From: Epiperipatus broadwayi
Taxonomy: Eukaryota; Animalia; Onychophora
DNA: 64,000 bases
Direction of reading: 5' to 3'
Assembly: GCA_028023455.1 (NCBI GenBank)
Contig: JAQFVV010000009.1
Coordinates: forward strand, 10,664,001-10,728,000
In this document: positions 12,880-26,929 of the stretch, in pieces
How positions within the stretch are numbered: the first letter of the stretch is position 1
How the letters are laid out: the number at the start of each line of letters is the position of its first letter
Translations under genes and position numbers: made by a program
Notes under the pieces: generated by a model
What the model saw: only the letters and a program-made list of their open reading frames with translations
What the model was told of the DNA's origin: nothing
The model's database searches: none

Positions 12880-14465
12880 GTAAGCAACTATTCATTCTAA
12901 ATTGATGAGTACATAGTTTGAGGCATAAACTTTATTTTTGTTATACGTAGATATTATGTAAAAATATTATTTGGGTGTTTCATTTCTTTTCCCTTTTTCC
13001 CAAGACAAGGATAAGATGATTTTGTGTCTTATGGTAAACAATAACCTGGTAATGTGTGTGCATGTATATATACATATAAAGTTGAAAAGTAAAAATAAAT
13101 ACAAACAAAATTTTTTGTGGATATTTTCTATTATACACTGGAGTAACAGTTAAGAATTTAAAAAATTATTATAAATTAAACATTTAAAAAGGTCTAGTTA
13201 ATATTTTATTAATTTTGATTTTGAAATCTAAAACAAGCTTGTTTTTATGTTATAGTAGATATACTGGTAATTATAAAATTTCACTCTATTTTTAATTAGA
13301 TTAAGATTTTTTTTAATTAAATACTTTGATAAAATTCTACAAAATTGTTTTTGAAAGGATTAAGCTGAACTGAAGAGAGTCATTTTTTTTTCAGTCAAGA
13401 TGAAGAAAGAATTTACTTAATTGTTTTTAAATTTGATGATATACTATAAAAAATATGGATTTAAATCATTGAGGAGACTTACAACATTATGACAGCATTT
13501 TTATTATAAAGTTGTAATGGAAGACAAGACACAGAACTGTTGCTAATGTCACTACAATAGAGTTTGAATTTACATATAAGCAAGGTCCAGCTTTATTGTG
13601 TTTTATAGTCCATATATATGTGTATTACATGGCATGCCTGAAGTCTATCAAATTATAATAAGTCCCAAAGATGACAATAAGCCAGCCTACTGTTTTAGAA
13701 GGGACCATCTTACTGAGAGATGCTATCAGCTTGTTAAAGAATTAGTTTGTATGTATACTATTTTATCTATGTGCAGAAAAAAACACAGATAATGGCACAG
13801 TGTCATATACATAAAGTACAGCTGTTCAGGAAAATGTGTTATATATTGAGAGTGATATTTTAAATAATTTTTAGAAAATGACAATTCAAATCTCTAATTT
13901 ACAAGGTTTAAAAGTAAATAACTTTTGTTTAAATAAATGACATTTGATTTCAGTTTGTATTTTACTTTTGATAATGGAAAAAGAAAACTCCAAAAGTTTT
14001 TTTTAAAATATTGATAATGAAACCACAAACTGTCCAAACTAGAATGAGTGGTTTTTTAAAAGAGAAAACTTTTTCTTACAATTAAAAAAATAATGGACTG
14101 GCAACCTTGATAATATTTAAAAGTCATATTATTTACTTATTTATATATATACACATATGTATATTGTCAACATGGAATTATGTCTTGGATTAATAAGTTT
14201 ATTATTTTTGCAAATGAAATATCATAGGATATAGATGTCAGTGAATGCACACCTATGAATATAAACCCACAAATATGTTACATTAATCATTTATGTATTA
14301 TTAAAAATGAATCAAATTTTATTATTAGATTATCACAGTTCTAAAATGTTAATTTTCTAATTTTATTCAGTACATATGAGTTCTTATATATAAATGCATG
14401 TTATGTAGACACATATATTAAAATCTGTCACCAAACACATATATGTTAAAATTAATAATTATTAT

Positions 14466-14576
<111 letters not shown>

Positions 14577-14996
14577 TTTTTATTATTGGTTTATGACAAT
14601 TCAAAAATGTTAATTTTAAATTATATATAGGTAGGTGAGTTTTGTGTAAACCTATTGAGATATATTTGTAAATCACAATGTAATAGCATATTTTATTTGT
14701 ATCTTAATCAAAATCAAAATGTTTTATAGCAGACTTAACAGACCTTAATTTAATTTTATTGTTATTAATAAATTTATATTTCATTAAGTCATTTCAGTGA
14801 ATTCTTTCAATCCTAAAATAGGCTTGAAATATTATATATTATTATATGTTGGTAAGATTTGATATGTTGGACTATTTCCATCATTTATGAATGAATGTTG
14901 AATGTATAGAAAAAAAATTTAAACTTTATTTAAACTTTCAAAATACAAACAACTTGTTAGTAATAACACACAAATAAACAATACAGGTTAGTAATT

Positions 14997-15040
14997 ACAC
15001 AATGTTTCAAGTAGTATTATTCTCCACTCTTCTTCTGGGA
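14997..15040 (-). ncRNA. Degenerate hammerhead ribozyme relic (left PLE arm)
   Basis: Minus strand reads cAGAAGA-a-gagtgg..tactactt-GAAACATT-gtgt. GAAA is retained; CUGA is mutated to CAGA. Confidence 0.6.
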
Positions 15041-15061
15041 TTGCTAGTCTATATGCACAGT

Positions 15062-15151
15062 GACAATATTTGCTTAGAAGTTGAACTCGCAACTTTAGTT
15101 TCTTGAATATTGAATTTTAAGGCAATTCTCTAGCAACTGAACTATTCTGTC
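15062..15151 (-). other. tRNA-like Pol III head (A/B boxes) in left PLE arm
   Basis: Minus strand: tagttcagttgctagag (A-box-like) ... gagttcaactt (B-box-like); mirror of 15747-15838. Confidence 0.5.
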
Positions 15152-15230
15152 AAAGGCAACATATAGTAGAAATTTGATATATTTATGTATGAGGGTTGAT
15201 TCAAATCTTTCTGAATCCTTCAATTTTTTT

Positions 15231-15548
15231 AGAACTGCTTTCCAAAGCCATACCACACTTCAAGGAATGCTTACTTCTACTAAGCCTAAACTGGAAATGC
15301 TGAAGAACAAAAACTGCATATATGAAATACCATGTGAGTGTGGAAGGAAATATATTGCTGGGACCTGTCACCCTGTTCAACAGCGATTGAAAGAGCACAA
15401 ACTAATGGTTAAAAGAGAGGAAACAGATGTGTCTACCATAGCAGATCATGTATGTACTAATGATCATATGCTTAAGTGGGAAAATACAAAGATATTAAAT
15501 AAAGAGGAAAAATGCATAGAAGCAAATTCAAGGAAGCTGCTCATATGA
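15231..15548 (+). pseudogene. Penelope GIY-YIG endonuclease C-terminal fragment
   Basis: CIYEIPCECGRKYIAGT...QRLKEHK...STIADH...KWENTKIL matches the PLE GIY-YIG pattern. It is 5'-truncated by the inverted arm. Confidence 0.87.
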
Positions 15549-15746
15549 CAATGGTAAATAATCCTATAAGTAACCCAGGGTGGCAATACACAATGTATGG
15601 AAGCTTCTAATTAATCTTGTTCTTAGGAAAAAATTAAAAAAAAAACCCCAACTAATTAGCCTCATTAAAAAAAATTGAAGGACTCAGGAGGATTTGAACC
15701 AACCCTCATATATAAATATATCAAATTTCTACTATATGTTGTCTTT

Positions 15747-15838
15747 GACAGAATAGCTCAATTGGTAGCACATTTGCCTTAAAAAGTTGATATTCAAGAA
15801 TCTAAAGGCACGAGTTCAACTTCTAAGTGAATATTGTC
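15747..15838 (+). other. tRNA-like Pol III head (A/B boxes) in right PLE arm
   Basis: gacagaa-tagctcaattggtagca ... gagttcaactt ... atattgtc; the ends pair loosely like an acceptor stem. Confidence 0.55.
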
Positions 15839-15858
15839 ATTGTGCATATAGCCCAGCA

Positions 15859-15903
15859 ACACCTGAAGAAGAGTGGATAACAATACTACTCAAAATGTTA
15901 TGT
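15859..15903 (+). ncRNA. Degenerate hammerhead ribozyme relic (right PLE arm)
   Basis: acac-CTGAAGA-a-gagtgg/ctactc stem II-AAAA(for GAAA)-tgtta-tgt. Confidence 0.62.
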
Positions 15904-18106
15904 AATTACTAACCTGTATTGTGTATTTGTGGGTTATTACTAGCAAGTTGTTTGTATTTGTAAAGTTTAAATAAAGTTTTAAAAAAATTTCTATACATTC
16001 AACATTCACTCATAAATGATGGAAATAGTCCAATATATCAAATCTTATAATATACCATCATTACAAATCTTCAGACAAATATTTTATGTTGGTACTATCT
16101 CTTCTCTCAGTAACAGTTACAGAACTCTTGATCACTATACTGCATTCATGCACAATGGTCAGTTGTATAGATTGGGTTTATGTTTAGTGTTATGAACATC
16201 CATTGAATGATGATGGTCTTGGTTGGCACAAAGAAATATCTTTGAAAGTCCATGCATAATATTTTATTTAGCTTTTAGCTGTCCAGTACATTAAAGATAT
16301 AAAATGGCTGGGGCATTGATAATGATCAGCATGTTTTGTATCCCAGCATTTTTTAAATTGTTATATTCTTATGGATTAGCACTTAAATTTATGCATCCAA
16401 ATTATTGTTTAAATAATCTGCCCTAAGCTTGGAAAAGGCTAAATAATGAGCCTGGTCTATAATGGACTACCCTCAAATCCAGTCACAAGGTTTATTGTTG
16501 ATTTTATTTTTGGTAATTTATGATAATGAATGATTATTATTCTCACCTGTAGTGCTGATGAATTTTATAGTTAATTTATTTCTTGCTGATCTCTCATGCT
16601 CATATTTATTATATTCTTTGCAGATTTAAATTTACTTCATTAACTGAGATTGATGATGATGATTGCCATCACCCCAAGTTATCCCCCAAAATTCATCTCT
16701 GACTTCATACCATTACAATATAATTCTATCACTTCTGCATTTTCAAGACACTAAAATTACTACAATTCTCTGGACTTTCACACTATATTAACTTAGTGTA
16801 TTATGGATTAAAGTAATACAAAATCTCAGTTTGATCATTTAAATGGGAACTTTTGTGCACAATATCATTTGGATACAACTTTATGTGACTTCTTGAGGAA
16901 CAATTTACAATATGTTATTTTCAATATTAATAAAATCATACTTCATTAATAAACATACATGGCCAGCCAAAAAGTTTCTATCTGCAAATGAACTGTAAAG
17001 AATTGTGATCCTTAGGTCCTTGTATAAAATAAATTTAACTTAGAAATATTTATTTAAAGGGCATACAACCAAGTTTATAAATTTTCATGGATATTCACTG
17101 TAAAGGGCAGCTTACAATCCACATATTCATAAAAAGATCAAGTCTGCTTATTGAACCCAACCCATTTGGAATTTTATTAATAGTGGGAAGATTATTTGTT
17201 TGTTATTATTACATATATACATAATAAATTACTATTTTATTATAAATAAAATATGATCTATATTTTGAAAAGTAATATTGTATATATATAAACTATTTGA
17301 TTAATAAACTGTAATGTATATATATATATATTGAATATTAATTTATAGTTAGATGATTTGGGGATGGCCTGAAGTTAATTTAGGTGGTGATATGTGAAAA
17401 TAAAACTGATTTTATTATTTTATTTTATTTTTATTTGTAATAAATGAAATGTATTGAAACAATAGGCATTTAAAAATCTCAGCATTCCAGATCTATGTGA
17501 ACAAATTGTATAAAAATAGAAACTTTTTACAAATCCTTCTTGTCAAAAGAGGTAGCAGCTATAACAATGGACAGGAGTTTAAACTAAAATTTAGAATGCT
17601 AAAATGGAGTTTTGCTTTTTCTTTTATTTAAATTATAAAAATTTTTATAAGTCAAATGCTGTAACTAAAAGTTTACCAAATTCAGAGGAAAGAGATTTAT
17701 TGAGACATTTGAAAGAAATAAAAAATTTTACAGAGGTTTCAAATTATTAAAGTTCCGATTTTATATTGCTTTTGCCCGATTTTTTTATATTTAAAATATA
17801 TGAAATGAGGTTCAATACCATTGATATATTATGAGATCTTTAATCAGCAAACATAAATTTCTGCAAAGTCAAATAAGATTCTTTGATTTCTCTTTGAAGT
17901 CTTAAAAGAACCGATTAGAGCAAATTGTTATTCTTGTTCACATAGTATATGAAAATATGTGAGCTATTCAACAATATGCATGAGTTAGTGTACAAATTTA
18001 CTGACTTGCAGCTCTGAGTTTAAAATCAAGAAAACACTGATTTTTCTTGTCAGAAGTCTGATAGATCTGAAGGGAGACATCAAGTGACTTTCTTTTGTTG
18101 ATTATA

Positions 18107-18145
<39 letters not shown>

Positions 18146-18169
18146 CGTGTATGTTAACACAACAGAAAA

Positions 18170-19630
18170 AATAAATACATTTGACAATGAAGGCTATAGA
18201 AAAGAACAGAAATCTCAGATATAAAGCAATATTTTAAGTATTGAAAATAAAATTATTAGTAATAATTATTACTCAACTGTTAAAAACAATTGTTTTGATA
18301 TAAATAAAAAATATGAAAACAAAATAGAATGTATAATATGATTATAGGATTTGAAGTGCCAAACATTTCAAATTAAGAAATAAGATTAGTAATCAAATCC
18401 ATAAAGAATGCAAATGCAATCTCCAAACGAAGCCATTGAATCATATATATGTTTTAAAAAAGCTAGTGAAGAAATAAATAAATTGTTGGTAGAGTTTTAG
18501 GTCAAATGCCTAAAAATTATTCAAGTAGAAGTCAACCTCCAATAATGTGCTATTTCTTAAATATTATAAATCTTCATGCACTTTTCCACCAGTAAGAGTT
18601 TAAAAAACTTAAGTGAATCACTTAAATTTAAAGCATATTTGTATATACACCAACTCTCACTAATCATGTCTAAATGATACCAGATGATTGGAAGAATGCA
18701 GTAGAGTTAATGATATTTTGAAAAATGAAAAAGAAAATAGGAATTACAAATCAATTAGTCTTATTCATTATATATCATATATTTACTAAATTTATTGTCT
18801 ACAGAAAACTTTGAATCTATCAAAAGAATACACTGGGTTTTAAAATGGTTGTATTACAAAAAGGTTGAATTTATATCTCACATGAGATTTGTGGATTATA
18901 AAAAGACATTTAACTTCAAAAAATATTTCTTCTGTGCTTAAAAGTTTAGAGCATTTATGATATAGACATGGGATTTTGAAAAGTGTATATAAAAAGATTA
19001 AGAACATTAACATTATAAGAGTGTATAACTGGGTGATTCTACCTCTCAAAACTTTTATATAACTGTTTTGTAGTAAATATTTTGTAAATTATAATTAAAA
19101 AAAGAAGAAAAAAAAAAGAAAAATAAGTAAATCATTTTACATTGTTGTTTTCACAAATAATGCTTTACTGAGTTTTCAAACAGGAAAAAAAAATTGATAA
19201 TAATAAATTTAAAGAAATTAATTGATCAAATTATTAATACAGATGGAAATATAATAGATGAAATTATTCATAGAGTTAAATTTCTATGAAATGCTTTTGC
19301 TAGAAATAATTTAATATCAAAAAGAAATATGCTTTTATTTCTGGAAACAAAAGTTTTTAATAAATGCATTCTATCATCACTTATTTATGATCTAAAACTT
19401 GGACATTTAATAGATTAGTAGACCATACTGAAAGTTAAGGAAATATTCATATAAGAATTAATAAGGATAGTCAAAATTAAAATACAGGGTGAGAGAAAAA
19501 GCATTGAAAAAAAATCAAAGGCTGAAATGAATTTGCAAAAAAAGGATAAGTGTAAATGGATAACTGAAATTTTAAATAGAATGTTAAGAAATTGTGAGAG
19601 ACCAGAAAGAGATCACTTTTTAAATAAATG
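18170..19630 (+). mobile_element. Heavily decayed RTE-like LINE relic (RT and C-terminus)
   Basis: Ordered motifs PDDWKNA (18680), NYKSISL (18742), VDYKKTFN (18891), GDSTS (19033), KVFNKCILSSLIYD (19350); many stops and frameshifts. Confidence 0.72.
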
Positions 19631-22600
19631 GTATTATAAATAATTTGCTTAGAGATCTATTGAAGTTAATCATTTTATTTTTCCCAATATTTTACTTATA
19701 ATATATATTCATAATTTAAGCTCTTAATAGATACTTATTTTTTTTACTGGAAAAAAAAGTCAAACTACTATTAATTTAGATGTATGCCTGTAAAAGAAAT
19801 TGCTCATAGAGACTCAATTATGAAATAATTCATTAACCTTCTTACAAATTAAACTATGGTATAACAAGCTTATCTTTCCTCTGATTTATTTATAAATGAA
19901 TAAATAAATAAATTTACTTATAAATGCATAAATAATATTTATAAACTTGAGTAAATAAATATTATTTACTTTAATGTGAGCATAAATAGAAAAGAAAAAT
20001 AGATGTAAAAGTTGAATGAAAATAAAGCATAAGAAAAGTATTGATGTTTTTTGAATTGTGCTGCTGTGAAGAGTTTTGACTATTTTAAAGACAGCAAAGA
20101 AAACCATTGTAAGATGATACTTAATTAAATTGTATGTGAACCCAAGATTATAGTACAAATGAGCAAATTGCAATTGTTCAATTTTTACTAGGACTAATTT
20201 ATTCAAAAATTGTATAATGATTAAAATTTTTGATAATGAAAGAAAAAGAGGATAATTAATAATGAGGCGGATGGATTCTATCATCATAATAATGAATGTA
20301 ACTTTCAGCAGTCTAAAACTCCCACAGATTTTGGAGAAATGCTATTCAGTCATCTATATTAATTCAGTTTTGGCAGCATCTCATTATAATAAACATTTGA
20401 GGAAGGGGATTTCACAAGTGTCACTTTTTTATTTCTATTTTGATTTATTTATATATAAATAAATAAATTATTTATTTTTAAATGAATAAATATTTAGAAA
20501 TAAATAACTGAATGTACTATTGAACCTAATATGCATGATTTTGAAAAGTCAATGCTGATTTAAAAGTAAAGATATTTTGGACTCATTATTTCCAAATGTT
20601 CAAGATTTGTGAATAAAATAATTTATTATTTATTATGAAAGAATAAATCAATAATATATTTATAAATGAATAAATAGTGTATAAATAACATAAAAAACAA
20701 AGCTCTGAAATATTTAGTCATTTAACCATACAATTTAATTTCAAAGTTAGCATTTAAAGGCAAATATAGAAAATGTAGCTAAATACAAAATAGCTTATAG
20801 TTGGTGTCCTGAAATTATCTTATAGTTAGGCTAAAGTAGTTGGCAGCCTTATGCATACTTTGCGATATTTATATCTATAGTATGAATCATTTGATAGATT
20901 AGGAAGTTGTAATGATGAAGATAGCGAACTTTTCTTAATTCAATTGTTCTTAAATTTGAAGAAGACATCCAAGACTACGTTTCTAAATTTATTATAATGA
21001 AATGATAATACATCGTCAGGAGACACAAATTTTAAGTCTTTATAGACTTGTATGAGCATGTTACATATTTTGCTATATTTCATTCATAATTTATATAAAA
21101 AAAAAAGTTATTTGATTTTTAAAATAATGGTAATTAATAAAAGTTTTAGTAAATCTCCGATTTTCAAACATATCAAAATTGTTAATAAATATTTAAAAAA
21201 AACCATTTCTTTAAAGTAGGAATGTGTGTGCACACATTCATATATATATATATTCAGTTACGCATATTGAAAGAAAGTAAAAGGGAGACATTTTTTTTTT
21301 TTTTAAATGGAAAGAAAGAAGAGCTTTCTTTTACAATAAGCAAGGTATTGTAATATTTATTGGCATCCACAAGATTTCATTAAATTGCGTTTCCCCCACT
21401 TATTTCACTTAAAGTCCGCAATAAAATTACACTGATTTTTGAATGGCATACCAATTAATAAAACGTTTTAATAAATGTCTGATTTTTCAAACTTTGAGAA
21501 ATTTTTGAAGCTGTCATATGACAAGAAATTCTTCCTCACTTTAAGGAGGATTGAAATATTTATAAGCTTTTTTTCAATATTAATAGTTCATATAAGAAAA
21601 AGATTTTTAAGATTAATGACATTTTTTTCTTGTTAAATTGGCTTTTTAAATAAAAAATATAGGATTTTTGATTTCAAAAATAAAACTGATGTATTGTTAT
21701 GAAAATTATTTGAATTCAATGTAGGTACACATGATTAGAACATAACAATTGTAGAGGGATTGAACATGATCTATCTTTTTAACATTTGTATATTGGCAGG
21801 ACATCTTTAAAGTATAAGATTTTACGATATCCTCAAAATATAAGATTTTATGATATCGGTCATACTGTTGCCTTATGTTTTGAATCCAGTATGGGAAAAA
21901 CTGATATTATTTCATGTTTCATGCAGTCTTATATTTTTTTTTAAAGGTAATTTAGCTAGTAGCACTCCGGTTTTGATTGGTAAATAGGTTTCTATGTATT
22001 CTTAAATGGACTCACTACTTGTCAAAAGAATAACTTGCCAAGGGCAGCATTATTTAAAGGCTATTTTATATCTTACTTTTGCATGTCTCTCATTTTAGAT
22101 TATTCCTGAAATAAGATAACTACCAGCAATAATAAAAAAGATTCCTGAAATAACATAACTTCCAACGATAATAAAGAGTTTTTACTTTCTTTATAAAGAA
22201 TTTAACATATATGTAATAACTCCTTCCTGCAAGGGTTAAATTCTCTCACTGTTTGCGTTGGTATATGGAAAGAATCCAATGGTATTTTAGACTATTTTTC
22301 TTTAGCTCTGTTCTCATTGACAGAAATAAGATGTTAATAAACTTGCAGAAAGTTCTTTTGTTAATATTTTCTCCTGCTGAGATTAAAAAAAAAAAAATAC
22401 CTGTCTGACATAATGAATCAAATGAAATATTTAGTAATATATATGATTGCAAAGCATGTCGTTTTTTTTTTTTTGTAGTCTTTTTTTAGAAATCAGCTGT
22501 TTTTATCATTTTAGATTATGAATGGAATTAGATTACAGAAGACTGACACATATTATTTAATAAAGGGAAGAGGGAAAAGAGAAAAACAAAATTGTGGGTT

Positions 22601-24086
22601 GAAATATATTACCGTTTTTAAAAATATTTTTGATTTTGATTTATTAAAAGCTATTTAAAGCTGGGGTTTTTTTCATCTTTTTGTTTAAGATCATGAATCA
22701 TCAAATGGAAAACAAAATTTTAATATATCAGGGAAAATCATTTCTAATGGTTCAAAATATTGACCATTTCATTGGTTCTATTGTTATCAATGGAATGTGG
22801 TGGACTGCGCAAGCATAGTTTAAAGCAGATATCTATATTTTTTTTCCTAAAGTAATGTGGCATTTCTATTCACACTTTACATTACTCAAACAGGGATTGA
22901 AGTTGGTCACATCATACAAAGTAAATTTGGTATTGTAATGTAATCATTTGTTTCCAATTCTCATAATATTTTAGAGTAGAGAAAAGAAATCCACAATGGA
23001 GAACTGAACAGATTCATGTTAGGCCTATATATTGATTTTTTTTTTTAGTGTAGAAATAAAGAAGCATACTGAATGTTGGAACAAATCCAACAAAATCTTA
23101 TAGTAATATTTTTTTTTCTAACTTCAAGATTACAATGTTTATAATGATTTAGTGTTAGTATGCTTATATTTCTGTAACCCATTTTTAACACTTTGTATTT
23201 TTCATGTGGGAGGCATTCAATTTCCTTTGTTTTCACTCATGGCTACTTGGAGTTCACTGACTTTATTCATTGCTTAAAATGTGGAATTCATTATTTTATG
23301 TTGAGTTTTAAATTTTAGGTGCTAAAATAATATATATTAAAAAGTGGCAAGTAGTAACATACTGCCATTCTTGGTGTTCATGTGATATCAATCTTTCTTT
23401 GAGCAGAAAATATTCCAAAAAGACTAAAAAATTTTTAGAATGTGATATTACAAAATATTATGTTTTGACCTAGTAGCAAAAACATATTCTATACAAACTA
23501 ATTAGTATAGTTTAAAACTTTAGTGTATGAATTTTCAAGCCATTAATGTTAAATAGCAAAATGAGAATAAAAGATAGTTCATATGTTTTTTATTATATTT
23601 ATCTTACAACAACAATGTGTAATAAGGCCCTCCATCATGATTCTGATTATAATGAATTAAATAGTGAGGATAAGCTACATTTTAACATGATTATTAAATT
23701 TGTAGATTAAATTACTAAGTAATATCTGACTTTTTTTTTTAGTTTATATTAATTATAAAGTAATAACATCTCTTGAAATTCCAAAAATCATCATGCTAGC
23801 TATAAGTAAAATTGATTGACCATAGATGGAAGCATAGTCTTTGCAAATTGGCATTCTTCTTGATAGAAATAATGAATTTTTTCAGGCTTTCCCTTCCAGT
23901 ATGACATTACTATTTGTTTTTTGTTTTTTTAAAACATAACATTTTAATAATAATATTTTAAACTTGGTAATCATATGCTGTAAAATTTCAACATATATTT
24001 ATATATTAATTGAATTATTTAAAAAAAAAGAGAGGAAAGATAGTGAGAAAATTAGTGAGTGATTCAGAATTTCTTTAATGCTCCAG

Positions 24087-24137
24087 GATGGAGTTATATA
24101 AATGATTCAAACGTGATTGAGAAAAATGTTATGGCAA
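24087..24137 (+). CDS. Candidate 51-nt internal exon (GWSYINDSNVIEKNVMA)
   Basis: tttctttaatgctccag| acceptor, A|GTATGA donor, open phase1-phase1 frame. No homology recognised. Confidence 0.25.
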
Positions 24138-25989
24138 GTATGATTGAACAAAACTTTATAATTATAAAAATAAAGATAAGCCATAGGCTAAGCATTTATA
24201 ATTGTATGACATATTGTCTGTCATTGATGAAACTTATATAGTATTACAGCCATATTTTTTTTTCATGGTCAATGTATTACATTTATCAGATCAACTGTAG
24301 TTATTTGAAAACATTATCTTCGAGTGAGAATAGCTACATAGTTATTTGCTATTTGTTATTGGATGATGATCAGATAAAGATTGACCTCTTGAAATTTGCT
24401 TGACAATTTTTAAATTATCTCAATATGTTTTAAACTTCATCCAGATGTAACACTTTACAAAAGTAACATCAAGTAATATATAAGTGTACACATGAGTTTA
24501 TTGGAGTATGTAAAGATATAGGTGTATTTGAATTGCTGGGTGTGGGTTGATGTAGTGATATAATGGTAGACTCATGGTTGTGACTCTGGTTCTGTAACTT
24601 TTGCTCTCAAACTTTTTATGAATTCCCAAGCAATTCAATTATTTAATTTAATTATTCAATTATTTATTTATTTGAAAAGGTTTAATTTGATGATTTAAAT
24701 TTTTCATTTTCTAAAATAATCATAAAAATTTGAAGAAATTGGTTTCAAAATATTATTCTAAACTTTATACCTTAAGGAAATTATTTCAAAGAATCCTTTA
24801 TTATAAGTGGAAATATAGATATACATTTTGTATTATAAATTGTAAGCTTTCAACTACTAAAGCATACAAAATATATATTTGTATTTCAACTTATAATATA
24901 GAATTTTTTTGAAATAATTTACTATTTACATTTTTCTATCATGTCTATGATTTGAAAATAAAAATGGTGATTCCCATATCATGATATATACTTAGTTCAA
25001 CTATTATCCATATTGGGGATGCATCAAAGATTGGGGAAAGTTCAATAAAATCATATTTAAACATTGCTCTCTGATCACATTAATTATCTTCCACTACAAT
25101 AATTTTTCATTTATTACCATCTTATGCAGTGAACATTTTTAACATGAGGATGATGATGATGATGATGATATATATATATATATATAGTTACCATAATATA
25201 TATGCACATTCATACTCTGATTATTCTGGATAAATAAAAATAATACATTTAAATATAAACTTATTATTAAATATCTAGTGTAGTTATAAAATAATATAGT
25301 AATCAAAAAATAAATTTGTTGTATGTTAACTCTTTATTTCAAACTACATTGATCTTTTTTTAGTATTTGTTTGCACATATGTATCTGTGTCTATATTGAA
25401 CAAAAATAAAAAGACATATCAAAGTGAAGAGAAAATGACACACTACATTGTATTTACAAATAAAAAAATCCTGTATCTCAAACATCATTAAGAAAATTTC
25501 TGGCTTATTCATTTTTATATTATTTTCAGTAACAATGGAGTCTTCTAAAAACAAATTTCTTGTTTTCAGAATGCTCTTTATCATGAATTTATTGTACTTT
25601 AGACTAAGATTATTTCATTCCAGATCCATGCCCAAAATTTAAAGTTACTATCCAAAATAAGCATTTAAACAAAAAGAATCAAAAATATAAATGTAAAACT
25701 TTAAAAATTAAATTTATCTTTTAAAAGCATAAAATTAAAGCATAAGTTTTTATATCATGAAAATTCAGATTGTTTGATTTTAATAAAATGTAATAATGAT
25801 ATCTAATGCTTTCATCAAAACTGAAACATTGTGAAAGTCCTGTGCACACTGTTGCTATTTTAGCTAAAAGACTTCTTGTAATTTTTTTTTTTCAACCAAT
25901 GGCATTTTTTGATTTAATAATTCCATGCTTAATGCTCAGTTTTCAATAATTTTGCCATACATTAATTTTTATTTTTTTAACTCTTATAA

Positions 25990-26760
25990 TGCATGACTCG
26001 TCTAAAAACGAGAAGATTTGACATCACTCTAAATCGGCTACTTTTTATCCCACGTATACATATGATACGTCATTAGAAAGAAAATCAAAAGTTCTGTAAG
26101 ATGGTGCCCTCTTCAGAATAAATTTACAAGTAAAAAATCAATAAAAATGACCATATATGTCAAACAAAACCAAAGCACTGCCTCCTCACCAACTTTTCTT
26201 GAATCTTATTGGCTGTCCCACTTCTGTCAGAAAGGGAAGTGGCTGCCAAAAAGTAAAAAGTTACGTTCGTTTTGATTTTTATTACGAAAATGATAAACGA
26301 ATGTTTACAACATTTTAAACAATATTTGAATTGAATTACAAATTATTATTGATAAAATAATACTAAAAATCAAATTATTTTAGAAAAATAGTTAAGATAT
26401 TACCAAGAATTATTTATTTATTGCTACATATTGATCGTAACGTTAAAGTGAAAAAAAAAAGATTGCTAATGCAATCTTTTTTGGTTGGTTGAATAGCAGT
26501 TACTTTTATTTCACCGCAATTGAATATTTTTTAAATTATAAATCAAATTTTATTTTTGAAAAGATTTTCGTTTGCTTTCGTAATCTGCCAATTCAGTAAT
26601 ATACTTTTTACAAACGAAACTAACGTATTTATATTATTAAAAGTGATCTATTTTAACAATAGATTTTGTTAAAGTTGTGAGTTGGCCAATTACAAGTTTT
26701 GATTTTTAACTCATTCGGCCAATTATATAATCATCGTTCAAAGGGTTAACATGAATATTA
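25990..26760. promoter_or_regulatory. CpG-retaining region with CCAAT motifs; possible unmethylated regulatory region
   Basis: CpG is locally frequent compared with the depleted flanks; attggct near 26208, ggccaat near 26685 and 26718. No TSS evidence. Confidence 0.28.
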
Positions 26761-26830
26761 ATCAACTTTCAAATCCTAATTTAATAACTCATAACTAAAA
26801 TTAGTATAGTAAATGCAACTAGGATAATTC

Positions 26831-26929
26831 TTTTTTTTTTTTTTCCATATGTCATAGCATCGGCCGGGACGCGAACCCACAACCGTCTGCAACCAACTAC
26901 TTGTTTACATGGTGGCTGCGATACCTCTT
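26831..26929 (-). mobile_element. Young short tRNA-derived SINE or retrocopy with poly(A) tail and TSD
   Basis: Minus strand: ...gtagttggttgcagacggttgtgGGTTCGCGTCCcggccgatgctatgacatatgg(A)14. ggataattc(tttt) flanks both sides (26822 and 26930); six CpGs intact. Confidence 0.75.

Larger units (their letters stand above)
14855..16094 (+). mobile_element. 5'-truncated Penelope-like element with inverted terminal repeats
   Basis: TSD tatgttggta at 14845-14854 and 16085-16094. Inverted arms ~14855-15230 and ~15667-16046 flank a GIY-YIG fragment. Confidence 0.87.
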
